Positions 9,889-18,878 of a stretch of DNA of 64,000 nt are shown here, piece after piece. Source of the DNA: Minisyncoccota bacterium (GTDB lineage: Bacteria; Patescibacteriota; Minisyncoccia; UBA6257; 02-FULL-45-10c); contig DATDXY010000001.1 of NCBI GenBank assembly GCA_036517155.1, positions 6,510 through 70,509 on the forward strand, in the 5' to 3' direction. The position numbers were made by a program, and so were the translations under genes. Every line of letters starts with the position of its first letter. The first letter of the stretch is position 1. The notes under the pieces were generated by a model. It was not told the origin of the DNA. It worked only from the letters and a program-made list of their open reading frames with translations, and did not search any database.

Positions 9889-10926
9889 TCATACAATAAG
9901 CATCCCATCCCCAAATGAAAATAATCGGAATTTTCTTTTAATTGCTTCTTGGTACAACTCCATAATTTTCCCCCGACCCACTAAAGCAGCAGCAAGTATA
10001 AGCAAGCTTGATTGCGGTACGTGAAAGTTTGTCATCAAACCATCCACAAATTTGAAATAATATCCGGGTTGGATAAATAAATTTGTATCTCCTTGCCTTT
10101 TTTCCAACTTACCTGATGGATTGCTTGCAGATTCTAAAGTTCGCGTTACCGTTGTTCCCACGGCAATAATCGGTCTCTTCTCTTTTTTATAACTATTTAA
10201 TCTGACTAATGTACGCCTTGGGATTTCATACCATTCCGTATGCAATATCCCTTTTTTCAAATTCTCCTCCGTCACGGGAGCAAAGGTTCCCAGTCCCACA
10301 TGCAAAGTAATAAATTCGGTTTTGATTCCCGCGGCTTTTAGTTTTCTCAAAAGCCGCTTGGAAAAATGCAGAGAGGCAGTCGGGGCCGCTACGGATCCCT
10401 GTTGTTTCGCGAAAATCGTCTGGTACTCTTGTTTTAATTTAGATTGGGAAAGCGGCGAATGTTTGATGTAGGGCGGCAAAGGCGCCTCGCCATTTTTTTC
10501 TAGAAAGGAATATATTTTGGCTATCGGAAAAAGGCATTCCAGAAAATAATACTTGGTTTCTTGCCGCTGGACTCGGAATACGGCTTTATTTTTTATGAAA
10601 AGTTCCGAACCAATTTCTAATTTCCTATCCGCTAATATTTGAATGTAATTATCTGCCTTTCCCAAATACAAAATTTCCGCTTTCCCACCCGTAGCTTTCC
10701 GCACTCGCACCCGAGCCGGAACTACTTTAGTCTGATTGAAAACCAGCACTGCGTTTTCCGGAAGATATTCCGCAAGGTTAATAAATCGGTCGTATAGAAC
10801 CTTATTTTTCCTTCGATTATAGACTAACAATCGAGCGCTATCTCGAGGATGGGCGGGTTTTTGCGCAATCAACTCTTTGGGAAAGATGTAGTTGTAGTCT
10901 TGTAATTGAATTGAATGATTCTTCAT
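9889..10926 (-). CDS. queA: S-adenosylmethionine:tRNA ribosyltransferase-isomerase
   Basis: LIAQKP, PLPPYI, GSVAAPTASLHF, TLHVGLGTF, TNFH.P.SS and FSFGDGM motifs. Confidence 0.95.
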   Translation of the reverse strand: MKNHSIQLQDYNYIFPKELIAQKPAHPRDSARLLVYNRRKNKVLYDRFINLAEYLPENAVLVFNQTKVVPARVRVRKATGGKAEILYLGKADNYIQILADRKLEIGSELFIKNKAVFRVQRQETKYYFLECLFPIAKIYSFLEKNGEAPLPPYIKHSPLSQSKLKQEYQTIFAKQQGSVAAPTASLHFSKRLLRKLKAAGIKTEFITLHVGLGTFAPVTEENLKKGILHTEWYEIPRRTLVRLNSYKKEKRPIIAVGTTVTRTLESASNPSGKLEKRQGDTNLFIQPGYYFKFVDGLMTNFHVPQSSLLILAAALVGRGKIMELYQEAIKRKFRLFSFGDGMLIV

Positions 10927-10984
10927 TTACCTATATATTTAAACTAATCTAGCGTAGTTCCTTGGAATATTCAAAGGAGGTATC

Positions 10985-11155
10985 ATGGCCGATCCATTGA
11001 GTTCAAAAAACTCTGACGCATCAAAATGCCGAGGCGGACTAATTATTGAAAAAAGTCGATGCTGTGGCGCGCCTCTCCGCTATACAACCGGCTTCATTGT
11101 GGAAATCTGCACCAAGTGCGATAATCCAAACCCGCCGCCAACACTCTATAAATGA
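10985..11155 (+). CDS. Unannotated 56-aa Cys-rich zinc-ribbon-like protein
   Basis: MADPLSSKNSDASKCRGGLIIEKSRCCGAPLRYTTGFIVEICTKCDNPNPPPTLYK; AAAGGAGGT just upstream; TTGAAT(10911)-17-TATATT(10934); terminator at 11163. Confidence 0.7.
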   Translation: MADPLSSKNSDASKCRGGLIIEKSRCCGAPLRYTTGFIVEICTKCDNPNPPPTLYK

Positions 11156-11162
11156 TGCAACA

Positions 11163-11188
11163 TAAAAGGACACAATTGTGTCCTTTTA
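11163..11188. terminator. Bidirectional terminator
   Basis: TAAAAGGACACAATTGTGTCCTTTTA perfect palindrome between the micro-ORF and the tgt stop. Confidence 0.75.
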
Positions 11189-12331
11189 TATTTTTCCGTT
11201 TTTTATCGCATCTCTAATTTGCGCAATATACGCATTGAAATAATGCATATTGTGGAAAGTCAGCAATTCCAATGGAGTAATTTCCCACGCTTTTAGAAGA
11301 TGATGAATATAGCTTCGCGAATAACTTTGGCAGACATAGCAAGAACATTTTTTATCCAGCGGTTTTTTGTCTTGCGCAAATTTGGATTTGGAAATATCGA
11401 CTCTACCTTCCGAAGTAAACGCGACACCACGACGCGCGTAATGGGTCGGGGTGATGCAGTCAAAGGTATCAATCCCCGCTTCCGCTATGATTTTCATATC
11501 TTCCAAATAGCCGATACCTAACAAATGTTTTGGTTTGGCTTCCGGTAATTCCGCCATTACCCAGCCAAGCATTTTCCCCATTTCTTTTTTGTCATCGCCA
11601 AATTCGCCGCCAATACCAAAACCATCAAAGTCCATTTTCCCGATAAACCTCGCACTTTCTATCCGCAAATCCTGAAACTTACCGCCTTGCACGATGCCAT
11701 ACATTGCTTGCTTGGATTTTTTAATCTTCAAACACAGCTCCGCCCAATCATGGGTTTTCAAAAGAGATTTCTTCGTGTATTCGTGGCTGGCAATCGGTGA
11801 GGTGCATTCGTCAAACGCGAAGATAATATCCGCGCCCAGTGATTCCTGGATTTTAATAGATTCTTTGGGGCCAAGAAAAACTTCCCGGCCGTCTATGTAG
11901 GAACGGAATAAAACTCCCTCATCGTTAATTTTTAATAATTTTGGCTGTTGTCCGGTTTCTATCTGCCGTCGATCAGCTGCCGTTGGCCGTTTTAATATTT
12001 TCCCCTGGCCGAAATCTTTTCCGAAACCCAAGCTGAATACCTGAAAACCGCCGGAATCGGTCATCAGCGGTTTCGGCCAGTTCATGAACTTATGAATCCC
12101 GCCATGGGATTTAACAATTTTTTCTCCCGGCCGCAAATGCAGATGAAAAGTGTTGGCAATCAAAAGCTGGCTGCCGGTTTTTAAAACTTCTTCACTGGTC
12201 AGGGCTTTTACCGTGGCTTGGGTTGCCACCGGTACAAATGCTGGCGTTTCCACCACACCATGAGGAGTTTCTAAAAGACCGAGACGGGCCCGGCTTTTGG
12301 AAGATTTTTTGATAATTTTAAAACTAATCAT
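11186..12331 (-). CDS. tgt: tRNA-guanine transglycosylase
   Basis: TPAFVPVAT, NTFHL, TDSGGFQVFSL, GIVQGG, DTFDC and zinc site CSCYVC...H. Confidence 0.95.
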   Translation of the reverse strand: MISFKIIKKSSKSRARLGLLETPHGVVETPAFVPVATQATVKALTSEEVLKTGSQLLIANTFHLHLRPGEKIVKSHGGIHKFMNWPKPLMTDSGGFQVFSLGFGKDFGQGKILKRPTAADRRQIETGQQPKLLKINDEGVLFRSYIDGREVFLGPKESIKIQESLGADIIFAFDECTSPIASHEYTKKSLLKTHDWAELCLKIKKSKQAMYGIVQGGKFQDLRIESARFIGKMDFDGFGIGGEFGDDKKEMGKMLGWVMAELPEAKPKHLLGIGYLEDMKIIAEAGIDTFDCITPTHYARRGVAFTSEGRVDISKSKFAQDKKPLDKKCSCYVCQSYSRSYIHHLLKAWEITPLELLTFHNMHYFNAYIAQIRDAIKNGKI

Positions 12332-12375
12332 AGGATGGGTTCTATGCAGATTTATAACACAAAAGCGATTAAAAG

Positions 12376-12412
12376 AAAAAACGGCCCGATATTTATTTGT
12401 CGGACCGTTTTT
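12376..12412 (-). terminator. Intrinsic terminator (CCCGAT...RTYGGA hairpin family)
   Basis: AAAAAACGGCCCGAT-ATTTATTT-GTCGGACCGTTTTT. Confidence 0.7.
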
Positions 12413-12536
12413 GTTTTTCTAGAACTACTGGCCCTATTGCGGCAACCTGCTTCTGTAGCTTACAGCTAGTTTCGTGGTTCTTTAAGCCATTTTTAATCAA
12501 AGAGCCACAACATGGGCACGGATGAGGATTATCCAT
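12393..12536 (-). CDS. Unannotated 47-aa CCHC zinc-finger-like protein
   Basis: MDNPHPCPCCGSLIKNGLKNHETSCKLQKQVAAIGPVVLEKQKRSDK; AAGGAGGT 8 nt upstream; TTGCAT(12608-13)-18-TAGAAT(12584-89). Confidence 0.65.
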   Translation of the reverse strand: MDNPHPCPCCGSLIKNGLKNHETSCKLQKQVAAIGPVVLEKQKRSDK

Positions 12537-12614
12537 TTTATTTTACCTCCTTCAAAATAATTCTCTATAACGATCAGAATAACATTCTATACATTTCTTG
12601 ATAATTTATGCAAA

Positions 12615-14288
12615 TTATAATTCTGAAAAATATATCTTAAATACTTCGTCTCCCCGTTGATTGGCAATCGTCGCAATCTCCCGCTGAGTCAATTGTTCCA
12701 TTCCGGGGAACGAGACGATATTAGTTTGGTTGATAAAGTATAGATACTGAAAACCAACGCGTTCATAATAATCAAAACCATTTTGTTGCAGGTATTCAAA
12801 ATAAGTCTTGACGCTGATGATTGGCCAACCGTGGTAAATGTGCAGCCTATCCAATATCCATAATTTTGGACCTTGATCAAAATTGCCATAGTAAACAAAA
12901 AGCGCGGGATAAGGTTGTCGAAATTGCTCGCGCGCTTTCTGGGTAGCCTGATCTCGGATGGCTTCCAGAAATTTATATTTGACGTTAAATACCACCGCCG
13001 GCATTTTTCCTTCCAATTCTTTTTCTAACCAAGCATTCAATTCGTTATAGCCCCAATTATAATTTTCATAACGGACTTTGGAACTAAACCAGGGTTGCGG
13101 GCCAATCGGGTAATAAGCAATTTGATTATTCCAGGTATACGCAATTTCAAAACTAAACACGAGCGTAAGAAAAATCACGAAAATGGTTGCGTAGCGGGCG
13201 CGAGTATTCAGCCACGCCAGAAAAATCCCAACTCCCAAAATCATAAAAGGTGTCAGCATGGTCAGAAAACGATATGATGGTCCGATTTTCAGAATCAGCG
13301 CAATCAGCCAAACAAATGAAATTAATAATAAAGCATATTTTCGTAAAACAATTTTCGCATCTTTAAAAAATCTAAAGATAAACGTTAAAACACTCGCAAA
13401 AAACAACGATAAAAATAACCAAGAATTAGTAGCAATGAGCCGAAATGGAAAATTCCTTATCCGATCCAGCGCACTGCCAATTTCTTTTCCCGGCGTCACT
13501 TGCCATACTTCCGGATGCTGGCCAAAAATAAAAGAGAATTGAAAATCAAAATACCCGACGGCTTTATACAACTGCCAGTTATAAATTAAAACCGGGCTGA
13601 AAAATAACACCGCAATCAAAGTGCCAAACCAAAACTTTTGATTCCGGAAACAATCCCGCCGGAAAAAAATAAGATACGTGCATAAAATCGGAACAATGAT
13701 AAAAGCTGTATATTTGGAAAGTATCCCCAGTCCGATGGCAACCCCGGTCCAGAAAAAATACTTGTCATTTTCCAAAGCTTTTAAGAACCAATATAAAGAA
13801 AGCAAGAAAAAGAAAATCACATAGGCTTCTTGCATCCCAGTACGCGATATATACACGCCATTCAAGGTAATTGCGTATAAAGCGGCAGCATACAGTCCGA
13901 CCCTTTCTGAAAAAAGTTTTCTTCCTATGACGTACAAAAGATAGACTGCGCCGATTCCCAACAGCACCGACGGCAAACGGAAACCAAAAACGCTTTCGCC
14001 GAATACTTTCATAAATCCATTTTGGATAAGAAAGAGCAGGGGCGGCTGATCATGGAAAGAAAGCCTGAGCCACCACGGCTGAACTTGCCCTGAGCTCGTC
14101 GAGGGGTCAAACCATTCCAAAGGCGTGGTCTGCACTGGCGATTCATCAAAATCCATCATTCCGACTGCTCGGAATGCCAGCGACGATTCATCGCTCATAG
14201 TATCTCCTCGCCCAAGACCAAAAAGCCGCAACAACGCTGCTATTACTAAAATACCGAGAAGCAGCCTGCGTTTTAATTGTTCGTTCAT
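12615..14288 (-). CDS. ArnT/PMT-like (GT39/GT83) membrane glycosyltransferase
   Basis: LRL..L...DE, HDQPPL, FRLPS, SR..MQE and LSKYT motifs; many TM segments. Confidence 0.85.
   Translation of the reverse strand: MNEQLKRRLLLGILVIAALLRLFGLGRGDTMSDESSLAFRAVGMMDFDESPVQTTPLEWFDPSTSSGQVQPWWLRLSFHDQPPLLFLIQNGFMKVFGESVFGFRLPSVLLGIGAVYLLYVIGRKLFSERVGLYAAALYAITLNGVYISRTGMQEAYVIFFFLLSLYWFLKALENDKYFFWTGVAIGLGILSKYTAFIIVPILCTYLIFFRRDCFRNQKFWFGTLIAVLFFSPVLIYNWQLYKAVGYFDFQFSFIFGQHPEVWQVTPGKEIGSALDRIRNFPFRLIATNSWLFLSLFFASVLTFIFRFFKDAKIVLRKYALLLISFVWLIALILKIGPSYRFLTMLTPFMILGVGIFLAWLNTRARYATIFVIFLTLVFSFEIAYTWNNQIAYYPIGPQPWFSSKVRYENYNWGYNELNAWLEKELEGKMPAVVFNVKYKFLEAIRDQATQKAREQFRQPYPALFVYYGNFDQGPKLWILDRLHIYHGWPIISVKTYFEYLQQNGFDYYERVGFQYLYFINQTNIVSFPGMEQLTQREIATIANQRGDEVFKIYFSEL
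14084..14106. repeat. Single REP-like element (CCCTGAGC..GTCGA.GGG type) read in frame within the GT gene
   Basis: CTTGCCCTGAGCTCGTCGAGGGG, translated as PSTSSGQ; only one copy in the window. Confidence 0.45.
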
Positions 14289-14289
14289 A

Positions 14290-15060
14290 CTACAATTTAA
14301 TTGTTTCTATAGCCAAAAACAATGGAATTTCCTTTCGCGCTCGATCTTCGGCAATTGCCCGCGGGCCACGTTCGCTGGTTCTATGGGAAATCCATTCTTC
14401 CAATCGAGTTACGGCCAAACCGTTTTTATGGAATATTTTAAAATAAAATTGAAACGGCCGATGAAAAGATAATGTGATGTCTTTCGGATTATCGCCCGGG
14501 TGCATTTGAATTTTGACTTGGGCTTCAGAAATGTAACGATCAATGCGGCGATATTGGGCTTTCATTTTTTCATCCCATCCCCAACTACTTTCTTTTAAGA
14601 CTCGAAAAGCCGGGTGATTTAATACGATATACAAGGATCCTTTTGATTTAAGTATGCGATGAGCTTCTTTAATCACTCCGTTAACGTCTACCATATTTTG
14701 CAGCGCCAAAATAATCGCCACTTTGTCAAAGCTATTACTTGCTAAAAATGGCATGGATTCTGCGGACGCCACGTGATATTGAATCTTAGGCGAATGTTTA
14801 CTGGCTAACTGGATTAGTTTTGATGCGATATCAACACCGACTACGCTGCCGCTTTGTTTGTAAAATGCTTCAGTAAAATATCCCTGGCCACAGGCAATAT
14901 CTGCGATTTGCTCTCCCCTTTTAATATCCATCAACCGAAGAATATTCGGCAAAATAACCTTACACTGATAACTGTCCGGATCGGTTGCTAATAATTCATC
15001 ATACCAATCCGCCGCCTTATTCCAGGAAGTGTTTGGTTTTTTATTACTCTTTAGATTCAT
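14290..15060 (-). CDS. Class I SAM-dependent methyltransferase
   Basis: DIACGQG motif I, GVD, SFD and LNHPAF; start taken at ATG 15060. Confidence 0.85.
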   Translation of the reverse strand: MNLKSNKKPNTSWNKAADWYDELLATDPDSYQCKVILPNILRLMDIKRGEQIADIACGQGYFTEAFYKQSGSVVGVDIASKLIQLASKHSPKIQYHVASAESMPFLASNSFDKVAIILALQNMVDVNGVIKEAHRILKSKGSLYIVLNHPAFRVLKESSWGWDEKMKAQYRRIDRYISEAQVKIQMHPGDNPKDITLSFHRPFQFYFKIFHKNGLAVTRLEEWISHRTSERGPRAIAEDRARKEIPLFLAIETIKL

Positions 15061-15478
15061 AACCACCAATGACAATCCCCGCTGAAACTAGTACAATGTT
15101 TTTAATTACAAACTCTCCTTCAGTAGTCAAGAAAAATAGATTGCCGTTAAAAAATATTTCCGGCGCGAGAAAAAAAGAAAGGAACGTGCCGGACATTTGG
15201 AGCAATAAAAGTCCAATGGTCGCGCGAATGGCAATTTTGAAAATCAAACCCAGACCAATAATCATTTCCCATATCCCCAAGACCAATAAAAATTCTCGAG
15301 CTGGAAAAAAATAATAGGTATTACTAACTAATTCTGCGACTGGGCTGACATCCATTATTTTCAAAAGCCCAAACCACAAAAACACTACGCCTAAAGAAAT
15401 GCGCAAAAGCCAAACGCCACTTTCTTTCATGGCAATTTTAATTATGTAATCTATAAACGAAGTGATATTTGATTTCAT
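15044..15478 (-). CDS. DoxX/DUF417-like membrane protein
   Basis: LLRISLGVVFLWFGLLK...EG.FVIKN. Confidence 0.8.
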   Translation of the reverse strand: MKSNITSFIDYIIKIAMKESGVWLLRISLGVVFLWFGLLKIMDVSPVAELVSNTYYFFPAREFLLVLGIWEMIIGLGLIFKIAIRATIGLLLLQMSGTFLSFFLAPEIFFNGNLFFLTTEGEFVIKNIVLVSAGIVIGGYESKE

Positions 15479-16479
15479 GACACAAGATTAACTAAATGAT
15501 TCGTTTGAAAACCCTTAATATTTTCAAAAGTGGTAGTAAGAATCCTTCCCAACGCTTCTTGCGTATTAAACGCGTTGTGCGGCGTTATTAGCACATTCGG
15601 CATTTTCATCAGCACGTGGTTTTCCACAATCGTCCTGGATGCTTCCGGAGAAGGATACGCATCTGATAAAGAAATAAGTTCTTCTTTAATTTCTCCCTCT
15701 TCTTCCAAGACGTCTAATCCGGCGCCAGCGATTCTTCGGCCAGCAAGCGCTTTAATTAAGGCATCAGTTTCTATAATTCCGCCGCGAGCGGTATTAATCA
15801 AATACGCGCTGGCTTTCATCAACCCGATATTATCTTTGTTGATTAAATGGTGGGTTTGTTTATTGTATGGACAATGCAGGGTTACTATATCCGCTTGCCG
15901 CAATAGATCTTCCAAAGTAACATAGGAAAATCCGAATTCTTGAGCCAGTTGATTATTCGGGTACAAATCGAAAGCAATCACCCGCATTTGAAATCCTTTG
16001 GAAATTCGAATAATCTCTTTTCCGATACGGCCGGTTCCCACCACGCCCAATGTTCTACCCTTTAAATCTATGCCTCGCAATCCGCCCAACGCGAACGAAC
16101 CACGTTCTTTTATTTGATCAATCGCTTCATACATTTTCCGAGTCAAATTTACCATTAAGCCAAAAGTGAATTCTGCGACGGTATTTTCCCCATATCCAGG
16201 CACATAACTTACGGCAATGTTCCGCGTTTTACATGCCGCAACATCAATATGATCAAAACCCGTAGAACGAGTGGTAATAAATTTCAAGTCTGGTAAAGTT
16301 GCAATTAAATCCGCTGTTATCGGAGAATTAATAAAGACCGATATCGCTTCCAAACCCAGATGCCCCGCTGCTTGATTGGCGGTTAATTTTTCTTTCGTAA
16401 GAAATAATTCATCGTTTGGCAATGCCTCACGAATTATTGGTTCCTCCCAGCCTTCCAATTCAAAAAAACCGATTTTCAT
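15475..16479 (-). CDS. D-2-hydroxyacid dehydrogenase (D-lactate dehydrogenase-like)
   Basis: RSTGFDHID, GTGRIG, INTARG, LDVLEEE and ITPHNAF motifs. Confidence 0.9.
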   Translation of the reverse strand: MKIGFFELEGWEEPIIREALPNDELFLTKEKLTANQAAGHLGLEAISVFINSPITADLIATLPDLKFITTRSTGFDHIDVAACKTRNIAVSYVPGYGENTVAEFTFGLMVNLTRKMYEAIDQIKERGSFALGGLRGIDLKGRTLGVVGTGRIGKEIIRISKGFQMRVIAFDLYPNNQLAQEFGFSYVTLEDLLRQADIVTLHCPYNKQTHHLINKDNIGLMKASAYLINTARGGIIETDALIKALAGRRIAGAGLDVLEEEGEIKEELISLSDAYPSPEASRTIVENHVLMKMPNVLITPHNAFNTQEALGRILTTTFENIKGFQTNHLVNLVS

Positions 16480-16556
16480 GGATTAAATAATGTACTTGTA
16501 TTTTATAATACTCCGGGGAAAATTAAAACTCCTAACAAAAAACCGCTTTTTTATTC

Positions 16557-17570
16557 TTATAACAAATTTGGCTGATACAAATAAGACTGGTCTGCCTCGC
16601 GAACCACTTTTGCCATCATTTCTAATGATTCCACCGGATATTTTCCGGATGCGGTTTCGTCGGACAACATCACCGCGTCTGTCCCATCCCACACCGCATT
16701 GGCAATGTCGGATATTTCCGGACGAGTCGGGTGCGGATGATTCACCATTGTAATCAGCATTTGCGTAGCAACAATGGAGGGCTTGCCATACCAGGCTGCC
16801 TGCCGAATTAAATTCTTCTGGACAAATGGAACTTTTTCCGGTGCGATTTCCACTCCCAAATCGCCGCGCGCTACCATAATACCATCCGCCTCTTTAATGA
16901 TTTCATCTATATTCTTCAATGCCATCGCCATTTCAATTTTGGCGATAATTTTAACATCTTTCCCAACTAACACGCGCAAAGCTTGGACATCTTTTGCGGA
17001 TTGCACAAAAGACAAAGCAATATAATCCACTCCTTCCTCCAATGCGAAGGCCACGTCTTTTTTATCTTTATCGGTAAAACCGCTCGTAGTTAATTTCGTT
17101 TCCGGCACATTTACTGCTTTATAAGAAAATAAATGTCCGCCGCGAATTACTTTGGCGGTAAACTTATTGCCCGACACATTCGTAACTACCAGTTCAATCA
17201 AAGCGTTAGAGAGATAAATTGGATCGCCTTTTTTGATATTTAAATGCAAATAGGGATCGTCAATGTGAATCACGTTTTTTTCCGGCCCATTGGTGGAAAA
17301 AACTACGGTATCATTCTGGTGGATACGAATGCCCTCTTCCGGCAATTTACCCACGCGAATGCGCGGGCCGCGCAAGTCTTGCATAACGCTGATTTTTCTT
17401 TTGAATTTTTTGGAATATTTTTCCGCTAACTTTTTTCGAAGGCGATATTCGGGATACGTGCAATGAGAAAAATTAATTCGCGCGATATCAAAACCAATCT
17501 TCGCTAATTGAGAAAAGACTTGCTCGGATTCGGAACTCGGGCCAATGGTGGCAATGATTTTGGTACGCAT
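16557..17570 (-). CDS. pyk: Pyruvate kinase, short form lacking the C-terminal domain
   Basis: TKIIATIGP, RINFSH, DLRGP, AKIE, MVARGDLG, ATQM and MLSDETA motifs; only 337 aa. Confidence 0.92.
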   Translation of the reverse strand: MRTKIIATIGPSSESEQVFSQLAKIGFDIARINFSHCTYPEYRLRKKLAEKYSKKFKRKISVMQDLRGPRIRVGKLPEEGIRIHQNDTVVFSTNGPEKNVIHIDDPYLHLNIKKGDPIYLSNALIELVVTNVSGNKFTAKVIRGGHLFSYKAVNVPETKLTTSGFTDKDKKDVAFALEEGVDYIALSFVQSAKDVQALRVLVGKDVKIIAKIEMAMALKNIDEIIKEADGIMVARGDLGVEIAPEKVPFVQKNLIRQAAWYGKPSIVATQMLITMVNHPHPTRPEISDIANAVWDGTDAVMLSDETASGKYPVESLEMMAKVVREADQSYLYQPNLL

Positions 17571-17648
17571 GCTGTTATGAATATTAAGTGTTTGATTATA
17601 TCAGAAAATATGCCAAAAGACAACTTTGGTTACTTAATGAGAGAATAA

Positions 17649-17876
17649 TTATTTAACTTTTTCTACGCCAAGGACATTCTTTTTATTTCGTTCACTGAAT
17701 ACAAAAATATATAAAATATCCAATATCGCGAGGGTTTGCAGCAGCAAAAGCGCGATAAACCACTTTTGTTGGCTTTTCCGCGCCGCTTTCCATAATGCCA
17801 TTCCTTTCCATGGCAATGTCCACAATAACAACGCGGCAAGCGCTAATTGTTCCCCGTTGGAAAGTGTTTCGTACAT
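17649..17876 (-). CDS. DUF5652-like small membrane protein
   Basis: WTLPWKGMALWKAAR...WFIALL. Confidence 0.8.
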   Translation of the reverse strand: MYETLSNGEQLALAALLLWTLPWKGMALWKAARKSQQKWFIALLLLQTLAILDILYIFVFSERNKKNVLGVEKVK

Positions 17877-17880
17877 ATCT

Positions 17881-18081
17881 TTATAATCCTAAATTACTGT
17901 AATTAATGGTTTTCATAAATTGCGGAATCGCGAACACCAAGCCGATGATCGGCAAAACAATCACCGCCAAACTGATGATTAAAGTCCATAAAAAATACTT
18001 ACGAGTTTTTTCTACCGAACGGTACACATAATCCACTTTTTGCTCCATAGCGGCCAATCGGTCAGACAGTTCTTTATCCAT
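17881..18081 (-). CDS. Small membrane hypothetical protein
   Basis: 66 aa; SVEKTRKYF followed by a TM; TACAAT 7 nt before the ATG. Confidence 0.75.
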   Translation of the reverse strand: MDKELSDRLAAMEQKVDYVYRSVEKTRKYFLWTLIISLAVIVLPIIGLVFAIPQFMKTINYSNLGL

Positions 18082-18107
18082 AGATCTTATTGTATCATAA
18101 TACTATT

Positions 18108-18875
18108 ATGACTTACACGCTGGTATCGTGGAATGTAAATGGCGTTCGCGCGGCAGAGAAAAAGGGCTTTCTAAAGTGGCTGCTCAAAACCAATTACGAC
18201 ATTGTGAATATTCAAGAGACGAAAGCGCACGTGGAACAACTGCCCAATACGCTGATTCATCCGGATGGTTATGAATCCTATTGGAATTCCGCCGAACGCA
18301 AGGGTTACAGCGGCGTCGCAACCTATACAAAGGCATCGCCGATTCTTTCCATATCCAATTTCGGCAATAAAATATTAGATGGCGAAGGCCGGATTTTACT
18401 TTCCGAATATGAAGAGTTTTATCTTTTCAATGTATATTTTCCCAATGGCGGTCAGGGGCCGGAACGATTGAAATTCAAATTGAAATTCTATGAGGCATTT
18501 CTCAAGTTAATAGAAAAGTTCCGAGAGAAAAAACCGGTGGTTTTTTGCGGTGATGTGAATACCGCCCATCAGCCGATTGATTTGGCGCGACCGAAAGAAA
18601 ATGAAAATAGTTCCGGTTTTCTCTCTATTGAGAGAAAATGGATTGATAAAGTGATTGCCACTGGATACATAGATACTTTTCGCTTATTGGAAAAAGGCGG
18701 TCAACACTATACTTGGTGGGATTACAAGACTTTTGCCCGCGATCGGAATATCGGCTGGCGGATTGATTATTTTTTTGTCAGCAAAGAATTACAGAAACGC
18801 GTGAAACGCGCGTGGATTGAGCCAAAAATCATTGGCTCGGATCACTGTCCAGTGGGATTAGAAATTAACTTTTAA
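18108..18875 (+). CDS. xth: Exodeoxyribonuclease III / AP endonuclease
   Basis: SWNVNG, QETK, GYSGVA, GDVNTAH, GWRIDY and SDHCPV motifs; start taken at ATG 18108. Confidence 0.95.
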   Translation: MTYTLVSWNVNGVRAAEKKGFLKWLLKTNYDIVNIQETKAHVEQLPNTLIHPDGYESYWNSAERKGYSGVATYTKASPILSISNFGNKILDGEGRILLSEYEEFYLFNVYFPNGGQGPERLKFKLKFYEAFLKLIEKFREKKPVVFCGDVNTAHQPIDLARPKENENSSGFLSIERKWIDKVIATGYIDTFRLLEKGGQHYTWWDYKTFARDRNIGWRIDYFFVSKELQKRVKRAWIEPKIIGSDHCPVGLEINF

Positions 18876-18878
18876 CGC

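Noticed and set aside
11960-11992. RPTAADRRQ segment in tgt as a repeat insertion
   Set aside because: Lies in a naturally variable loop; single copy and weak palindrome
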